32,000 nucleotides of DNA from positions 5,370,001-5,402,000 of the forward strand of contig NC_003272.1 of NCBI RefSeq assembly GCF_000009705.1, in the 5' to 3' direction. The number at the start of each line of letters is the position of its first letter. Within the stretch, counting starts at the first letter, position 1. The stretch comes from Nostoc sp. PCC 7120 = FACHB-418. GTDB lineage: Bacteria; Cyanobacteriota; Cyanobacteriia; Cyanobacteriales; Nostocaceae. Below the pieces are notes generated by a model. The model was given only the letters and a program-made list of their open reading frames with translations. It was not told where the DNA came from and searched no databases. The translations under genes and the position numbers were made by a program. Below, one piece after another: positions 7,539 to 17,282 of this stretch.

Positions 7539-8615
7539 ATGAAAGCACTAATTCTCTCTGGCGGTAGAGGTACACGTCTACGTCCACTCACCTATACTGG
7601 AGCAAAGCAACTTGTCCCAGTTGCGAACAAGCCTATTTTATGGTACGGGATTGAAGAGATGGTCGCGGCTGGTATTACTGATATCGGTATAATTATCAGC
7701 CCAGAAACAGGGGCAGAAGTACAAAGTAAAACTGGAGATGGAAAACTTTTTGGAGCGAACATCACCTATATTTTACAAGAACAGCCTGCCGGCCTAGCTC
7801 ATGCCGTTACTGTTGCTCGTCCCTTCTTAAAAGATTCACCTTTTGTCATGTACTTGGGTGATAACCTAATTCAACAAGGCGACTTAAGCAACTTTTTACA
7901 AAAGTTTATTCAAGAACAACCTGATGCTCTAATTCTCTTGCGTGAGGTTGTCAACCCTAGCGCCTTTGGTGTAGCTAAGGTAGATGATACGGGGCGGGTA
8001 CTACAATTAGTCGAAAAACCCAAAGTTCCTCCATCCAATCTAGCTCTAGTAGGCGTTTATTTCTTTTCCCCGATTATTCATGATTCTATTGCTCGTATCC
8101 AGCCTTCAAGCAGAGGAGAACTGGAAATTACTGATGCTATTCAACGCTTAATAGACGATAAAAGACAAGTATTAGCTTGTAATTTATATGGTTGGTGGTT
8201 AGACACCGGTAAAAAAGATGATTTATTAGAAGCTAATCGCTTAATTTTAGATACCTGTTTAACAACGTCTAACTTAGGGGAAGTGGATGCTAAAAGTCAA
8301 ATCATTGGACGAGTTCAAATCGGAGTCAATTCCCAGATCATCAATTGTACAATTCGTGGCCCCGTGGTTATTGGCAATAATTGTTATTTAGAAAATTGCT
8401 TTATTGGCCCTTATAGCAGCATCGCCAACAATACAACACTCATCGACTCAGATTTAGAACATAGCGTAATTTTAGAAGGTGCTAAAATATCCGGAATTGA
8501 TCAGCGAATCATTGATAGTGTAATTGGACAACGAGCGCAACTAACAATTGCCCCCCGTCGCCCAAAAGCCTTACGCTTTTTGATTGGTGATGATTGTCAA
8601 ATTGAACTGACATAA
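7539..8615 (+). CDS. rfbA: Sugar-1-phosphate nucleotidylyltransferase, long form with a C-terminal left-handed beta-helix domain; probably glucose-1-phosphate thymidylyltransferase
   Basis: The N-terminus MKALILSGGRGTRLRPLTY carries the GGxGTRL signature. The C-terminal third has hexapeptide-like repeats (IGxNxxI). The ATG at 7539 lies 2 nt after the rfbD stop. The upstream part of track ORF 7482 overlaps rfbD and is not credible. Context with rfbC and rfbD supports a dTDP-sugar role. Confidence 0.78.
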   Translation: MKALILSGGRGTRLRPLTYTGAKQLVPVANKPILWYGIEEMVAAGITDIGIIISPETGAEVQSKTGDGKLFGANITYILQEQPAGLAHAVTVARPFLKDSPFVMYLGDNLIQQGDLSNFLQKFIQEQPDALILLREVVNPSAFGVAKVDDTGRVLQLVEKPKVPPSNLALVGVYFFSPIIHDSIARIQPSSRGELEITDAIQRLIDDKRQVLACNLYGWWLDTGKKDDLLEANRLILDTCLTTSNLGEVDAKSQIIGRVQIGVNSQIINCTIRGPVVIGNNCYLENCFIGPYSSIANNTTLIDSDLEHSVILEGAKISGIDQRIIDSVIGQRAQLTIAPRRPKALRFLIGDDCQIELT

Positions 8616-8787
8616 CCCCTAATAGAGTTAGGGCAAAAATAAAGCTACGTTAAGCAAGACAAGGTTTTTACATCGGCTTGTAGTAGGTTTCAACTTGCGA
8701 TATTCTCCTACGTGCCTGTAGAACTGATTCTAATTATGTAGCAAATAATACAAACCCTCAATTATCTAGGTTGTCTTACTTAAGATA

Positions 8788-9816
8788 ATGCAGTTTATAG
8801 AAAAAATCGGTATTGTTTTAGCCACATATAATCCCAATCTAGAATATTTTGAGAAACAAATACAGTCTATTAAACAACAAAGTTGGAAAAATTGGGTTTG
8901 TCACATTGTAGATGACTGTTCTCACTCAGAATATCAGGTGGGCATCAAGAATATTATTGATAACGATCCACGTTTTATTTGCCATTTCCACAGTCATAAT
9001 CTCAACCACTATTATAACTTTGAACGAGGTCTAAAATATTGCGCCCAAGATAAATCTATTACTGCGATATCTCTTGCTGATCAAGATGATATTTGGCATG
9101 ACGACAAGTTAAAGATTTTATTAAAAAAACTACGTTCACAAAAGGCAGTCTTAATACATTCTGATTTAGAATTAATTAATAGTTACGACCAAACTATTCA
9201 CCCATCTGCCTGGGATTTTGAAGGGCGTAAACCACATAAATTATCCCACGATTTATTGTTACTTCGCAACGTGGTAACAGGATGCTCTGTATTATTTTGT
9301 ACTTCTCTGCTCACGGATGTATTACCATTTCCACCACAAAATAAAATTAGCTGGTATCACGATTGGTGGATAGCCTTAGTCGCATCACATAGAGGCAAAA
9401 TTGTGCATATCCACAAACCTTTAGTTTGGTATAGAATTCATAATGCCAATAATGTCGGTGTTCTCAAAGACTCAGGCAAAATACATTGTGAGTTATTGCT
9501 TTTATGTCGCAAGAAATTTAAAATCAATGGCAATAGTTATTTAGTTCACAGAGACTTTAGTAAAGCATTTTATCGTCGATTTAAACGAGAACTGAACGAG
9601 CTAGGTTATACCAACCCTTTTGATGATAGAAAATTGGATTTTGGTTGGCATATTCTTAAATTGTTGTATAAAAGTTTGCTTGTAGGCTATAATTCAGAAG
9701 GTGCGGCATTAAGAATTGGGGTCTTAAAATTAATTTTCGATATCCAAAGGAGTTACAGAATCATACTTTATCATTGTTTAAAAACGTTCAAAAGTTATTA
9801 TAAAAACAGTCAATAA
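8788..9816 (+). CDS. GT2 family glycosyltransferase
   Basis: GT-A N-terminus IGIVLATYNPNLEYF, then DDCS, with DXD-like ADQDDIW. 342 aa. Confidence 0.8.
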   Translation: MQFIEKIGIVLATYNPNLEYFEKQIQSIKQQSWKNWVCHIVDDCSHSEYQVGIKNIIDNDPRFICHFHSHNLNHYYNFERGLKYCAQDKSITAISLADQDDIWHDDKLKILLKKLRSQKAVLIHSDLELINSYDQTIHPSAWDFEGRKPHKLSHDLLLLRNVVTGCSVLFCTSLLTDVLPFPPQNKISWYHDWWIALVASHRGKIVHIHKPLVWYRIHNANNVGVLKDSGKIHCELLLLCRKKFKINGNSYLVHRDFSKAFYRRFKRELNELGYTNPFDDRKLDFGWHILKLLYKSLLVGYNSEGAALRIGVLKLIFDIQRSYRIILYHCLKTFKSYYKNSQ

Positions 9817-9818
9817 GT

Positions 9819-10706
9819 ATGTCCGAAGGGTCAAATGTTCTAGTATCAATTATTTTAGTTAACTATAATGGCGCTGATATTTTACCAGATTGCTTAAATT
9901 CTATAGATAAATTTATTTCTAAAGATAACTGCGAGATCCTTCTAGTTGATAATGCTTCTCAAGATAATAGCTATGAGTTAGTTGCTCAGGATTTTCCTGA
10001 TGTAAAAATAGTTAGATTGCCGAAAAACTATGGTTTTGGCGCAGGAAATAATGCTGGTGCAAAAATCGCTAAAGGTAAATTTTTACTATTATTAAATACT
10101 GATACGATACTAACTACTAATATTTTACCGCATCTGATTGATTTGATGAGAGAAAATCCGGATGTGGGTATTATTGGTACTAAATTAGTTTTTCCAGATG
10201 AGACATTTCAGATTTCTTTTGCATATACAATTGGTATCAAGGGAGAATATAAATCTAGAAAACTCCATGAATACGCCGAAGACAAATCTAAGTTAAATAG
10301 CTTGGAGCAGGAATTCAACACGATTAAAGAGGTGGATATTGTTGTCGGAGCAGCCTTATTTATTCGTGCAGATTTATTTCATAGTGTGGGTGGTTTTGAC
10401 GAAAAGTTTTTTATCTATTTTGAAGATGCAGACTTATGTAGACGAGTGCAAAATCAAGGATATAAAATTTTATATACACCTCAAGTGTCTTTAATACATA
10501 TAAGAGGCCACTCTATGAAAAAAAACGCCAATGCTACGGTGGTGGAATATAGACGTAGCCAACTTTATTATTACAAAAAACATTGTCCTGTATGGGAGAG
10601 AATTATTTTAAGAATATATCTATTTGCTAAATTCTTGCCTGAGTTTTTGGCAACAAGAAATCCTTACAGTTTAGAAATAATAAAATTATTATTCGTAATA
10701 GCTTAA
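9819..10706 (+). CDS. GT2 family glycosyltransferase (rhamnosyltransferase-like subfamily)
   Basis: VSIILVNYNG, VDNASQDNS, LLLNTDT and FIYFEDADLCRR are typical of WbbL-like GT2 enzymes. It starts 2 nt after the previous stop. Confidence 0.85.
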   Translation: MSEGSNVLVSIILVNYNGADILPDCLNSIDKFISKDNCEILLVDNASQDNSYELVAQDFPDVKIVRLPKNYGFGAGNNAGAKIAKGKFLLLLNTDTILTTNILPHLIDLMRENPDVGIIGTKLVFPDETFQISFAYTIGIKGEYKSRKLHEYAEDKSKLNSLEQEFNTIKEVDIVVGAALFIRADLFHSVGGFDEKFFIYFEDADLCRRVQNQGYKILYTPQVSLIHIRGHSMKKNANATVVEYRRSQLYYYKKHCPVWERIILRIYLFAKFLPEFLATRNPYSLEIIKLLFVIA

Positions 10707-10743
10707 ATATACTAAGCTATTTTGATACTTAATTTAGCCAGTT

Positions 10744-11811
10744 ATGACTGTATTGGTAAACTTATCTTTTGCACCCTTAAAGCCAACTGGATGGTTAACC
10801 TATAGTCTCAATTTGTTACCACATATTAAATCTTTAGGTATTAATGTTGTCAGTCCCATTGCAATTGACAATATAAAAGTTTATTCATCCCCAACTAATA
10901 TTACAACTGAGGGAGGAATTAAAGGACATTTTCAAAGGTTGATGTGGGTGCAGTTGCAACTACCTAGTTTTTACAACCGATTAAAGTCTCGATTATTATT
11001 TTCACCTATTCCTGAAGTTCCTTTATTTTCTAGTTGTCGCAGTGTTGTTACTATTCATGATTTAATCCCTTTAAGATTTCCCCAGGAATTTTCTGCGGCG
11101 CAACTTTTTTACTGCCGTAATTATCTACCTGCGGTGATTAAGCAGTCAGAGCATATTATTTGTAATTCCTTGATTACGGCTCATGATATCCAGCGTTTTC
11201 TAGGTGTTTCAGAAAAGAAAGTAACTGTAATTCCTTTAGCTATTGATCAGCAAAATTTTCGTTTTTTGGACTTGCCGAGAAAAAATTATTTCTTGTATTA
11301 TGGGCGACATAATATTTATAAAAATTTAAATCGAATTATTGCCGCTTTTGCTGCTTTACCAAATAAGGATTATGAACTGTGGTTAGCAGGGCCGACTGAT
11401 GCACGTTATACCCCGACGTTGCAGGCAAAAGTTGAGGAACTAGGGATAACTGATCGTGTGAAGTTCCTTGATTATGTTTCTTATGATGAATTACCTATCA
11501 TTATTAATCAAGCGATCGCACTTGTTTTCCCCAGTCTTTGGGAAGGCTTTGGTTTTCCAGTCTTAGAAGCCTTGGCCTGCGGTACTCCTGTCATTACCTC
11601 TAACCTCTCTTCCTTACCTGAAGTGGCTGGAGATGCAGCCATCCTCATCAACCCCTACAACACAGCAGAAATCACAGATGCCATGCAGACTATAGCTAAT
11701 GATGTCAAATTGCAATCCCATCTGTCTCGCCAAGGAATCGCTAGAGCCAATCAATTCAGTTGGGAAAGAACAGGTAAAGCAACGAGTGAAGTCTTATCTC
11801 GTTATCTTTGA
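10744..11811 (+). CDS. GT4 (GT-B) family glycosyltransferase
   Basis: The C-terminal EX7E region reads PSLWEGFGFPVLEALACGTPVITSNLSSLPEVAGDAA. 355 aa. Confidence 0.85.
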   Translation: MTVLVNLSFAPLKPTGWLTYSLNLLPHIKSLGINVVSPIAIDNIKVYSSPTNITTEGGIKGHFQRLMWVQLQLPSFYNRLKSRLLFSPIPEVPLFSSCRSVVTIHDLIPLRFPQEFSAAQLFYCRNYLPAVIKQSEHIICNSLITAHDIQRFLGVSEKKVTVIPLAIDQQNFRFLDLPRKNYFLYYGRHNIYKNLNRIIAAFAALPNKDYELWLAGPTDARYTPTLQAKVEELGITDRVKFLDYVSYDELPIIINQAIALVFPSLWEGFGFPVLEALACGTPVITSNLSSLPEVAGDAAILINPYNTAEITDAMQTIANDVKLQSHLSRQGIARANQFSWERTGKATSEVLSRYL

Positions 11812-11842
11812 ATTAGGGACTGGGGACGAGAGGAAGAAAAAC

Positions 11843-11877
11843 TATTGACCATTGACTATTGACTAATGACTAATCCA
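11843..11877. repeat. STRR-like heptamer array (TATTGAC/CATTGAC/TAATGAC, 5 units) between the convergent GT4 and pcrA genes; it overlaps the pcrA stop codon
   Basis: Direct reading: tattgac cattgac tattgac taatgac taatcca. Confidence 0.7.
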
Positions 11878-14188
11878 CCTTTTGTAATTGGGCGACTCTA
11901 GGGTCAACAATTTTCTGACCCAAGCTCGTAAATTTAATAGCCACAGAAAGCTTGCTACCAGCACCAAAAACGTGGGTTATTTCCCCAATCCCAAAACTTT
12001 TGTGTAATACTCTGTCCCCTACTTGCCAATCTTGATTGGCTGTTTCTTTACCATTGGTAGTAGATGGGGGTCTAGTATAAGTTTGCCGGACTTGGTATTG
12101 GGTTGTGATTAATTCGGCTGGTAATTCATCGAGAAATTGTGATCGCATGGCGGGTTCTCGTGAGCCGTATAAGCGGCGTTCACGGGCGAAGGATAAATAC
12201 AGCCGTTCTTGGGCGCGAGTAATCCCTACATAACAGAGGCGACGCTCTTCTTCTAAGGCTGCGGGGTCACTTAGTGAACGGTAGCCGGGGAATAATCCCT
12301 GTTCTAAACCTACCAAGAAGACTACAGGAAATTCCAAACCTTTGGAAGCGTGCAGAGTCATGAGGGAAACGGCTGTTTGACCTTCCTTGAGGTTATCTAA
12401 ATCAGAACTAAGGGCTGTACTTTGCAGGAAAGCTGTTAAAGAAACATCTTCATTCTCTTCTTGGAATTGCAAGACAGCGTTATAAAGTTCCTGTACGTTT
12501 TGGATGCGGTCTTCAGATTCGTCTGTTCCTTGGCTTTGTAAATCTTGTACGTAACCAGAATCTTCTAAAATCCCCATAACTATTTCTGTAACTGGGGCTG
12601 TAGCTATTTGTTCTTGCCAACGGTTAATCATTTTGGCAAAGTTATTCACCCCTTTTGCCGATCGCCCAGCCAATGTATTGACTGATGTTTCATCACTTAA
12701 GATTTCCCAGAGAGTAGTACCTAATTGTTGGGAAGCATTGATTAAGTTATCAATAGTTGCTTTACCAATACCGCGCCGAGGGGTGTTGATTACTCGTAAT
12801 AAACTAACTGTATCCGAGGGGTTAGAGATCGCTCTTAAATAAGCTATAACATCTTTAATTTCTTTGCGGTCATAGAATTTCATCCCACCCACAACAGTGT
12901 AAGGAATCTGATTCCTCACTAACAATTCTTCAAAGGGACGAGATTGGGCATTTGTCCGATACAAAATTGCAAAGCTTCCCCAATCCAATTCCGGGTTTTG
13001 ATGTTCTAATGTGCGGATTTGACGAATTACAAAATCAGCTTCTTCTAATTCATTATCTGCCTTGTGACAGTAAATTTCTTCGCCTGCTCCCCGCGTTGGT
13101 TTGAGGACTTTATCGATTCTTTGAGTATTATTTTCAATTAGTTCGTTAGCAACTTGGAGAATGTTTTCACAAGAACGATAGTTTTCTTCCAACTTCACCA
13201 TTGTGCGGGTGTCTTCATCTGGCAAACCATCACCAAACTGATTCTGAAAATCCAGTAATATGGTGAAATCTGCCATTCTAAAGCTGTAAATAGATTGGTC
13301 TGCATCACCTACAACAAAAACAGAGCGATTTTGCCACTCCCATGCACTTTTTTTCTCTTCGCCATTAGTTGTCAACAGACGAATTAGGTCATATTGAGTG
13401 CGGTTAGTATCTTGATATTCGTCTACAAGAATATGACAGAACTTGCGATGCCAGTAACCTAAAACCTGCTCATTTTGTTGAAATAATCTCGTAGGAATTA
13501 AAATTAAATCATCAAAATCAAGAGCGTTGTTTTCTGCTAGTTTATCTTGATAGCGATTATAGACATCAGCAATTACTCTCCCACGATAATTTGGTTGGTC
13601 TTTTTCAAATTCCTGGGGTGAAAGTCCTTGATTTTTTGCATTACTAATGGCGTAGCGGACAGAACGAGGCTCAAACTTCTTATCATCGAGATTTAATTGT
13701 TTAGTGACGATTTCTTTGATGAGACCCTGTACATCAGATTCATCAAAAATGGAAAAATTTCGGTTCCATTGTCGCCCTTTTTCATCTTGGTATTTTTCGA
13801 TATCAAAGCGGAGAATACGGGAAAACAAACTATGGAAAGTACCACACCACAGTTCTTTAATAGTAGTTTTATAAACACGCGATCGCAATTTAGTTTGTTC
13901 GTGTTCTGGTAGTAAATCTAAACGCTTTCCATGTTCTGTCAATGCTAATTGTTCTGCAAACAGCCGTTGAATCCGTTCTTTCATCTCCCTGGCGGCTTTG
14001 TTGGTGAAAGTCACCGCCAAAATATTTTCGGGAGCAACACGGTGCTTCAGTATTAAATTAGCAATCCGATAAGTTAACGCTCGTGTTTTACCGGAACCAG
14101 CACCAGCAACAACTAACAAGGGGCCGCAATAGTGTTCCACGGCTTGACGTTGGCTGGGATTCAGATGACTGAGAAAGTCGGTAGTCAT
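11870..14188 (-). CDS. pcrA: ATP-dependent DNA helicase PcrA/UvrD (SF1)
   Basis: 772 aa. Motif I is AGAGSGKT, motif II is VDEYQDTN, and further SF1 motifs are present (VGDADQSIYSFR, LEENYRS, TLHASKGLEF, CYVGITRA). Confidence 0.92.
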   Translation of the reverse strand: MTTDFLSHLNPSQRQAVEHYCGPLLVVAGAGSGKTRALTYRIANLILKHRVAPENILAVTFTNKAAREMKERIQRLFAEQLALTEHGKRLDLLPEHEQTKLRSRVYKTTIKELWCGTFHSLFSRILRFDIEKYQDEKGRQWNRNFSIFDESDVQGLIKEIVTKQLNLDDKKFEPRSVRYAISNAKNQGLSPQEFEKDQPNYRGRVIADVYNRYQDKLAENNALDFDDLILIPTRLFQQNEQVLGYWHRKFCHILVDEYQDTNRTQYDLIRLLTTNGEEKKSAWEWQNRSVFVVGDADQSIYSFRMADFTILLDFQNQFGDGLPDEDTRTMVKLEENYRSCENILQVANELIENNTQRIDKVLKPTRGAGEEIYCHKADNELEEADFVIRQIRTLEHQNPELDWGSFAILYRTNAQSRPFEELLVRNQIPYTVVGGMKFYDRKEIKDVIAYLRAISNPSDTVSLLRVINTPRRGIGKATIDNLINASQQLGTTLWEILSDETSVNTLAGRSAKGVNNFAKMINRWQEQIATAPVTEIVMGILEDSGYVQDLQSQGTDESEDRIQNVQELYNAVLQFQEENEDVSLTAFLQSTALSSDLDNLKEGQTAVSLMTLHASKGLEFPVVFLVGLEQGLFPGYRSLSDPAALEEERRLCYVGITRAQERLYLSFARERRLYGSREPAMRSQFLDELPAELITTQYQVRQTYTRPPSTTNGKETANQDWQVGDRVLHKSFGIGEITHVFGAGSKLSVAIKFTSLGQKIVDPRVAQLQKVD

Positions 14189-14279
14189 TAGTTATTAGTC
14201 AGTGGTCAGTAGTCAGTAGTCAGTAGTCAGTAGTCAGTAGTCAGTAGTCAGTAGTCAGTAGTCAGTAGTCAGTAGTCAA
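14182..14279. repeat. STRR-like heptamer array, 14 units of TAGTCAG (12 near-perfect), forming the region immediately 5' of pcrA and including its start codon
   Basis: Direct reading: tagtcat tagttat tagtcag tggtcag (tagtcag)x9 tagtcaa. The pcrA ATG is the cat at 14186-14188, inside the first degenerate unit. Confidence 0.9.
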
Positions 14280-14290
14280 CAATTAATGTG

Positions 14291-14408
14291 ATACTAATTT
14301 GAGAAAAGAATGGGACAGATACATACGGACATATCCTTATTCTGTCTGGCTTTCCTAATTTTGAATTTTGTTGGCGCAGCCTTGCCGTAGGCTATTTTGA
14401 ATTGGTAT
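14291..14408. mobile_element. MITE-like small dispersed repeat, copy A (imperfect terminal inverted repeats, internal hairpin)
   Basis: The left end is atactaatttgagaaaa. The right end is tattttgaattggtat, whose reverse complement is ataccaattcaaaata. The core gacagatacatacggacatatccttattctgtc is about 75-80% identical by eye to 17283-17372. Confidence 0.5.
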
Positions 14409-14446
14409 GATTTGTTCTCCTGGCCTCCCCATCTACTACTCTACCT

Positions 14447-16174
14447 TTAACTTTGCTCCTGAAGTGGCAGGTAGACGGTAAAAGTCGAACCCAAACCCAG
14501 TTGACTTTTGACGATAATTTCCCCTCCCATCATCTGGCAAAAGTGGCGGCTAATTGCTAAACCTAGTCCAGTACCGCCATATTTTTTCGTGGTTGAGGTG
14601 TCACCTTGAGTAAAGGGTTGAAATAACTGTTGCTGCTGACTTGGAGACATCCCAATACCTGTATCGCTAACTGTGAAGGAGATCGCACCAAAGGGCATTT
14701 CTGGTAAAAAGTCTTCTTTTTCTCGCCTAACTGTCAGTTTGATTCTGCCGTTAGTGGTAAATTTAGCAGCATTACTGAGTAGATTTAATAATACTTGCCG
14801 CATCCTGGTTTGATCAGCATACATTGTACCCAGGTGTTCATCACAATATATTTCTAGAAGGTTGTTATTTTTTTCTATAGTCGGTTTGACGGTTACAACA
14901 ACATTATTGATGAGTGTAACAACATCAAATATCTCTGGATAAAGGGTCATTTTACCCGCTTCGATTTTTGACAAATCCAGAATGTCGTTAATCAGTTCCA
15001 GTAGATGTCTACCCGCAGAATTGATGGTTTCCAGATCACTGGTGAATTCTCCCGACAAATTCAGATCAGCCGCATCGTCTTTGAGGAGTTGGCTTAAGCC
15101 AATTACAGCGTTTAAAGGTGTACGCAACTCATGACTAACATTGGCAAGAAATATACTTTTTGCTTTGCTGGCTGCTTCAGCTAGTTCTTTGGCCTGTTCT
15201 AGTTCTTTAGTACGCTCAGATACACGCTCAATGAGACGATTGAGGGATTTAGCCAGTAAGCCGATTTCATCTTCTGTCGTGACAGGAGCGCGTAAATCAA
15301 AATTTGGTTTGCGAGCTACTTGTTCTGCTACTTGGGTGACCATAATTACTGGTTCAGCGATCGCTCGACTAGTCCGCCATGCTACGATGGCAGCGATCGC
15401 CACTGACACCAGCATACTCACCATCACAATTAATCTCTCAACGCTTTTGGCTTCTTCAACATCTCTTTGTCTCTGACGCTCTTTCGATTCAGCAGTTTGT
15501 AAGATATTGGATAACTTCTGTGAGAGTTGCTCTAGCTGCATGGCTGTTTCGCCGCGCATAATCTCCAATAACTTCGCTCTGACTTCGGCTGCCTGTTTTG
15601 GTGGTACAGGCTGCTGAATTTCTGCTACGACAGCATCTATTTGCTGCACATAAGAATCTAAATAAAACGCATAATCTTGTAATAGAGCTTTTAAGTTGGC
15701 ACTAGTTGCAGCTAAGTCTTTAGGTCTACCATCTATAAACTTGGCAATTTTTTGTTCATCAGTTTCGGCTTTTTTGACATCCCTCAAGAAATCGGCTTTT
15801 TTCATCGGTAAGCGCTGGGGATCTTCCAAAAATGCCACAATATTAGAGCTATGCAGTTGCGCTCCAACAACAGCATTCTTGTAATCAGTCAATAATTGTC
15901 TTTGTTCTTGAGCTTGATTAAATTCCCTAATTTCTTTGCCTCGGTAGTAGTTGGCAATCACTAATCCTGTGAGTGAGCCAAAAAAGCCAATTCCAATTGC
16001 CACAAAGTACCCATACCCAATTTTCTGATGGATACGCCAGGAACTTGCTTTGAGTTTCCCTCGTGAAGGAAATTCTATAGTTGGGAGTTCGTCTGTCGAT
16101 GTTGATGGCTCTTCTAATGACACTTCTTTGCTGTCTGAACTGCTGTCAACAGGGATCGGCTGCTGAGTTTGCAT
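14447..16174 (-). CDS. Membrane-bound sensor histidine kinase (two TM segments flanking a helical extracytoplasmic region, then HAMP-like linker, HisKA and HATPase_c); no adjacent response regulator
   Basis: H-box [14 protein letters not shown]-box [13 protein letters not shown]-boxes DTGIGM and [13 protein letters not shown] segments are [22 protein letters not shown] and [19 protein letters not shown]. Confidence 0.85.
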   Translation of the reverse strand: MQTQQPIPVDSSSDSKEVSLEEPSTSTDELPTIEFPSRGKLKASSWRIHQKIGYGYFVAIGIGFFGSLTGLVIANYYRGKEIREFNQAQEQRQLLTDYKNAVVGAQLHSSNIVAFLEDPQRLPMKKADFLRDVKKAETDEQKIAKFIDGRPKDLAATSANLKALLQDYAFYLDSYVQQIDAVVAEIQQPVPPKQAAEVRAKLLEIMRGETAMQLEQLSQKLSNILQTAESKERQRQRDVEEAKSVERLIVMVSMLVSVAIAAIVAWRTSRAIAEPVIMVTQVAEQVARKPNFDLRAPVTTEDEIGLLAKSLNRLIERVSERTKELEQAKELAEAASKAKSIFLANVSHELRTPLNAVIGLSQLLKDDAADLNLSGEFTSDLETINSAGRHLLELINDILDLSKIEAGKMTLYPEIFDVVTLINNVVVTVKPTIEKNNNLLEIYCDEHLGTMYADQTRMRQVLLNLLSNAAKFTTNGRIKLTVRREKEDFLPEMPFGAISFTVSDTGIGMSPSQQQQLFQPFTQGDTSTTKKYGGTGLGLAISRHFCQMMGGEIIVKSQLGLGSTFTVYLPLQEQS

Positions 16175-16600
16175 CCCTCAAATCTCCTTACCCTCCCGCA
16201 AAAACCACTAAACCACCCTCATTTGTATAACCACTACAAATGTTTATAAACACCTGTATTATCTTGGCTGATAAGAAATATAAGTAATTCACCTTTTAGA
16301 TAATTCGCATGACTTCATAGTGTTTGAGTAGTTTTGATATGAATGTTTACATGGTGACTTGCTAGTATCAAATAACAAGTATTCTGCCGATTTTTTAGTA
16401 GTTTCCCTGATTATTTGTCAGAATCCTGTTAGTCTAGCCAAGTCCTTTGTTGGTTCTGGATAAAAAAACTAGCTAATAGCTTCTAACCTATAATCCCTTT
16501 TCCATCGGGAATGTTGGAAGAAATAATCTTTAGCAATCGGTTTCTATTCTAGATGACAAACCAGCTTCATAACCAGCGATACACTAAATTCTGTCGTAAA

Positions 16601-17203
16601 TTATAGAAACTTTTCTGGTACACCCACTGGTGAAAGACCAGCGATCGCTCGTAAGTTTTGGCAACGAATCAAAGCGATAAAATCTAAGCTAGAACGCCCT
16701 TCTATCTTGGCCACTGACTCAATCGCCCATAGTAAATTTTGTGCTGCTTCGGCTTCAGAATAACCACGGCGTTGAGCAACTTTAATCGCTGCTATGTCAG
16801 CATTTAACTCAAATTCTGGAGATTTGTTGCTACGCCAGATCCGCAACAAAGCGATCGCACTCAATCCCCCAGCGATCGCCACACCCACCACATCAGCCTG
16901 TGCAGATTCCACCAATCCGCCCAAAAGTCCTGCTAACACCACACCCTGATAAATATTTGGTGTAAACCACCTGACCCCTGTCAACCAAGCAACCTTTTGC
17001 AAGATTAGCAAATCCCGTTGTGGTTTGGTCAAGCGTTCCCATAAATCGAAGTTTATATATATTAGCCTCTCTTGATTCCAGGGCAAGGGAAAAATCGGGT
17101 CAATTACTTGATTTTGTTCTGGTTTGCTGACAATTTTAATCGTCATCCTACCAGAAGCTGGCATCACTTCAAATAAACGGCGTATCTCAACTTTTGGCTC
17201 CAT
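16601..17203 (-). CDS. Conserved hypothetical protein with a Gly/Ala-rich membrane segment (function unknown)
   Basis: 200-aa ORF with an ATG start and no competing ORF. The hydrophobic stretch is GVVLAGLLGGLVESAQADVVGVAIAGGLSAIALL. I do not recognise a characterised family. Confidence 0.55.
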   Translation of the reverse strand: MEPKVEIRRLFEVMPASGRMTIKIVSKPEQNQVIDPIFPLPWNQERLIYINFDLWERLTKPQRDLLILQKVAWLTGVRWFTPNIYQGVVLAGLLGGLVESAQADVVGVAIAGGLSAIALLRIWRSNKSPEFELNADIAAIKVAQRRGYSEAEAAQNLLWAIESVAKIEGRSSLDFIALIRCQNLRAIAGLSPVGVPEKFL

Positions 17204-17282
17204 AGGAATAATTTGTAATTCGTGTTTCGTAATTAAGATACAGAGTTTTCTGTACCTTGGTGGCTTCTAGGTTTAAAAAGTT

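Noticed and set aside
8617-8640. Hairpin ccctaa-tagag-ttaggg after the rfbA-like gene, considered as a terminator.
   Set aside because: The stem has only 6 bp and is followed by an A-rich rather than T-rich tract on the coding strand. That is insufficient evidence.
14182-14279. Heptamer arrays considered as CRISPR-like or coding microsatellites.
   Set aside because: A 7-nt unit with no spacers puts stop codons in all frames. This matches the known STRR class of heterocystous cyanobacteria rather than CRISPR or a coding repeat.
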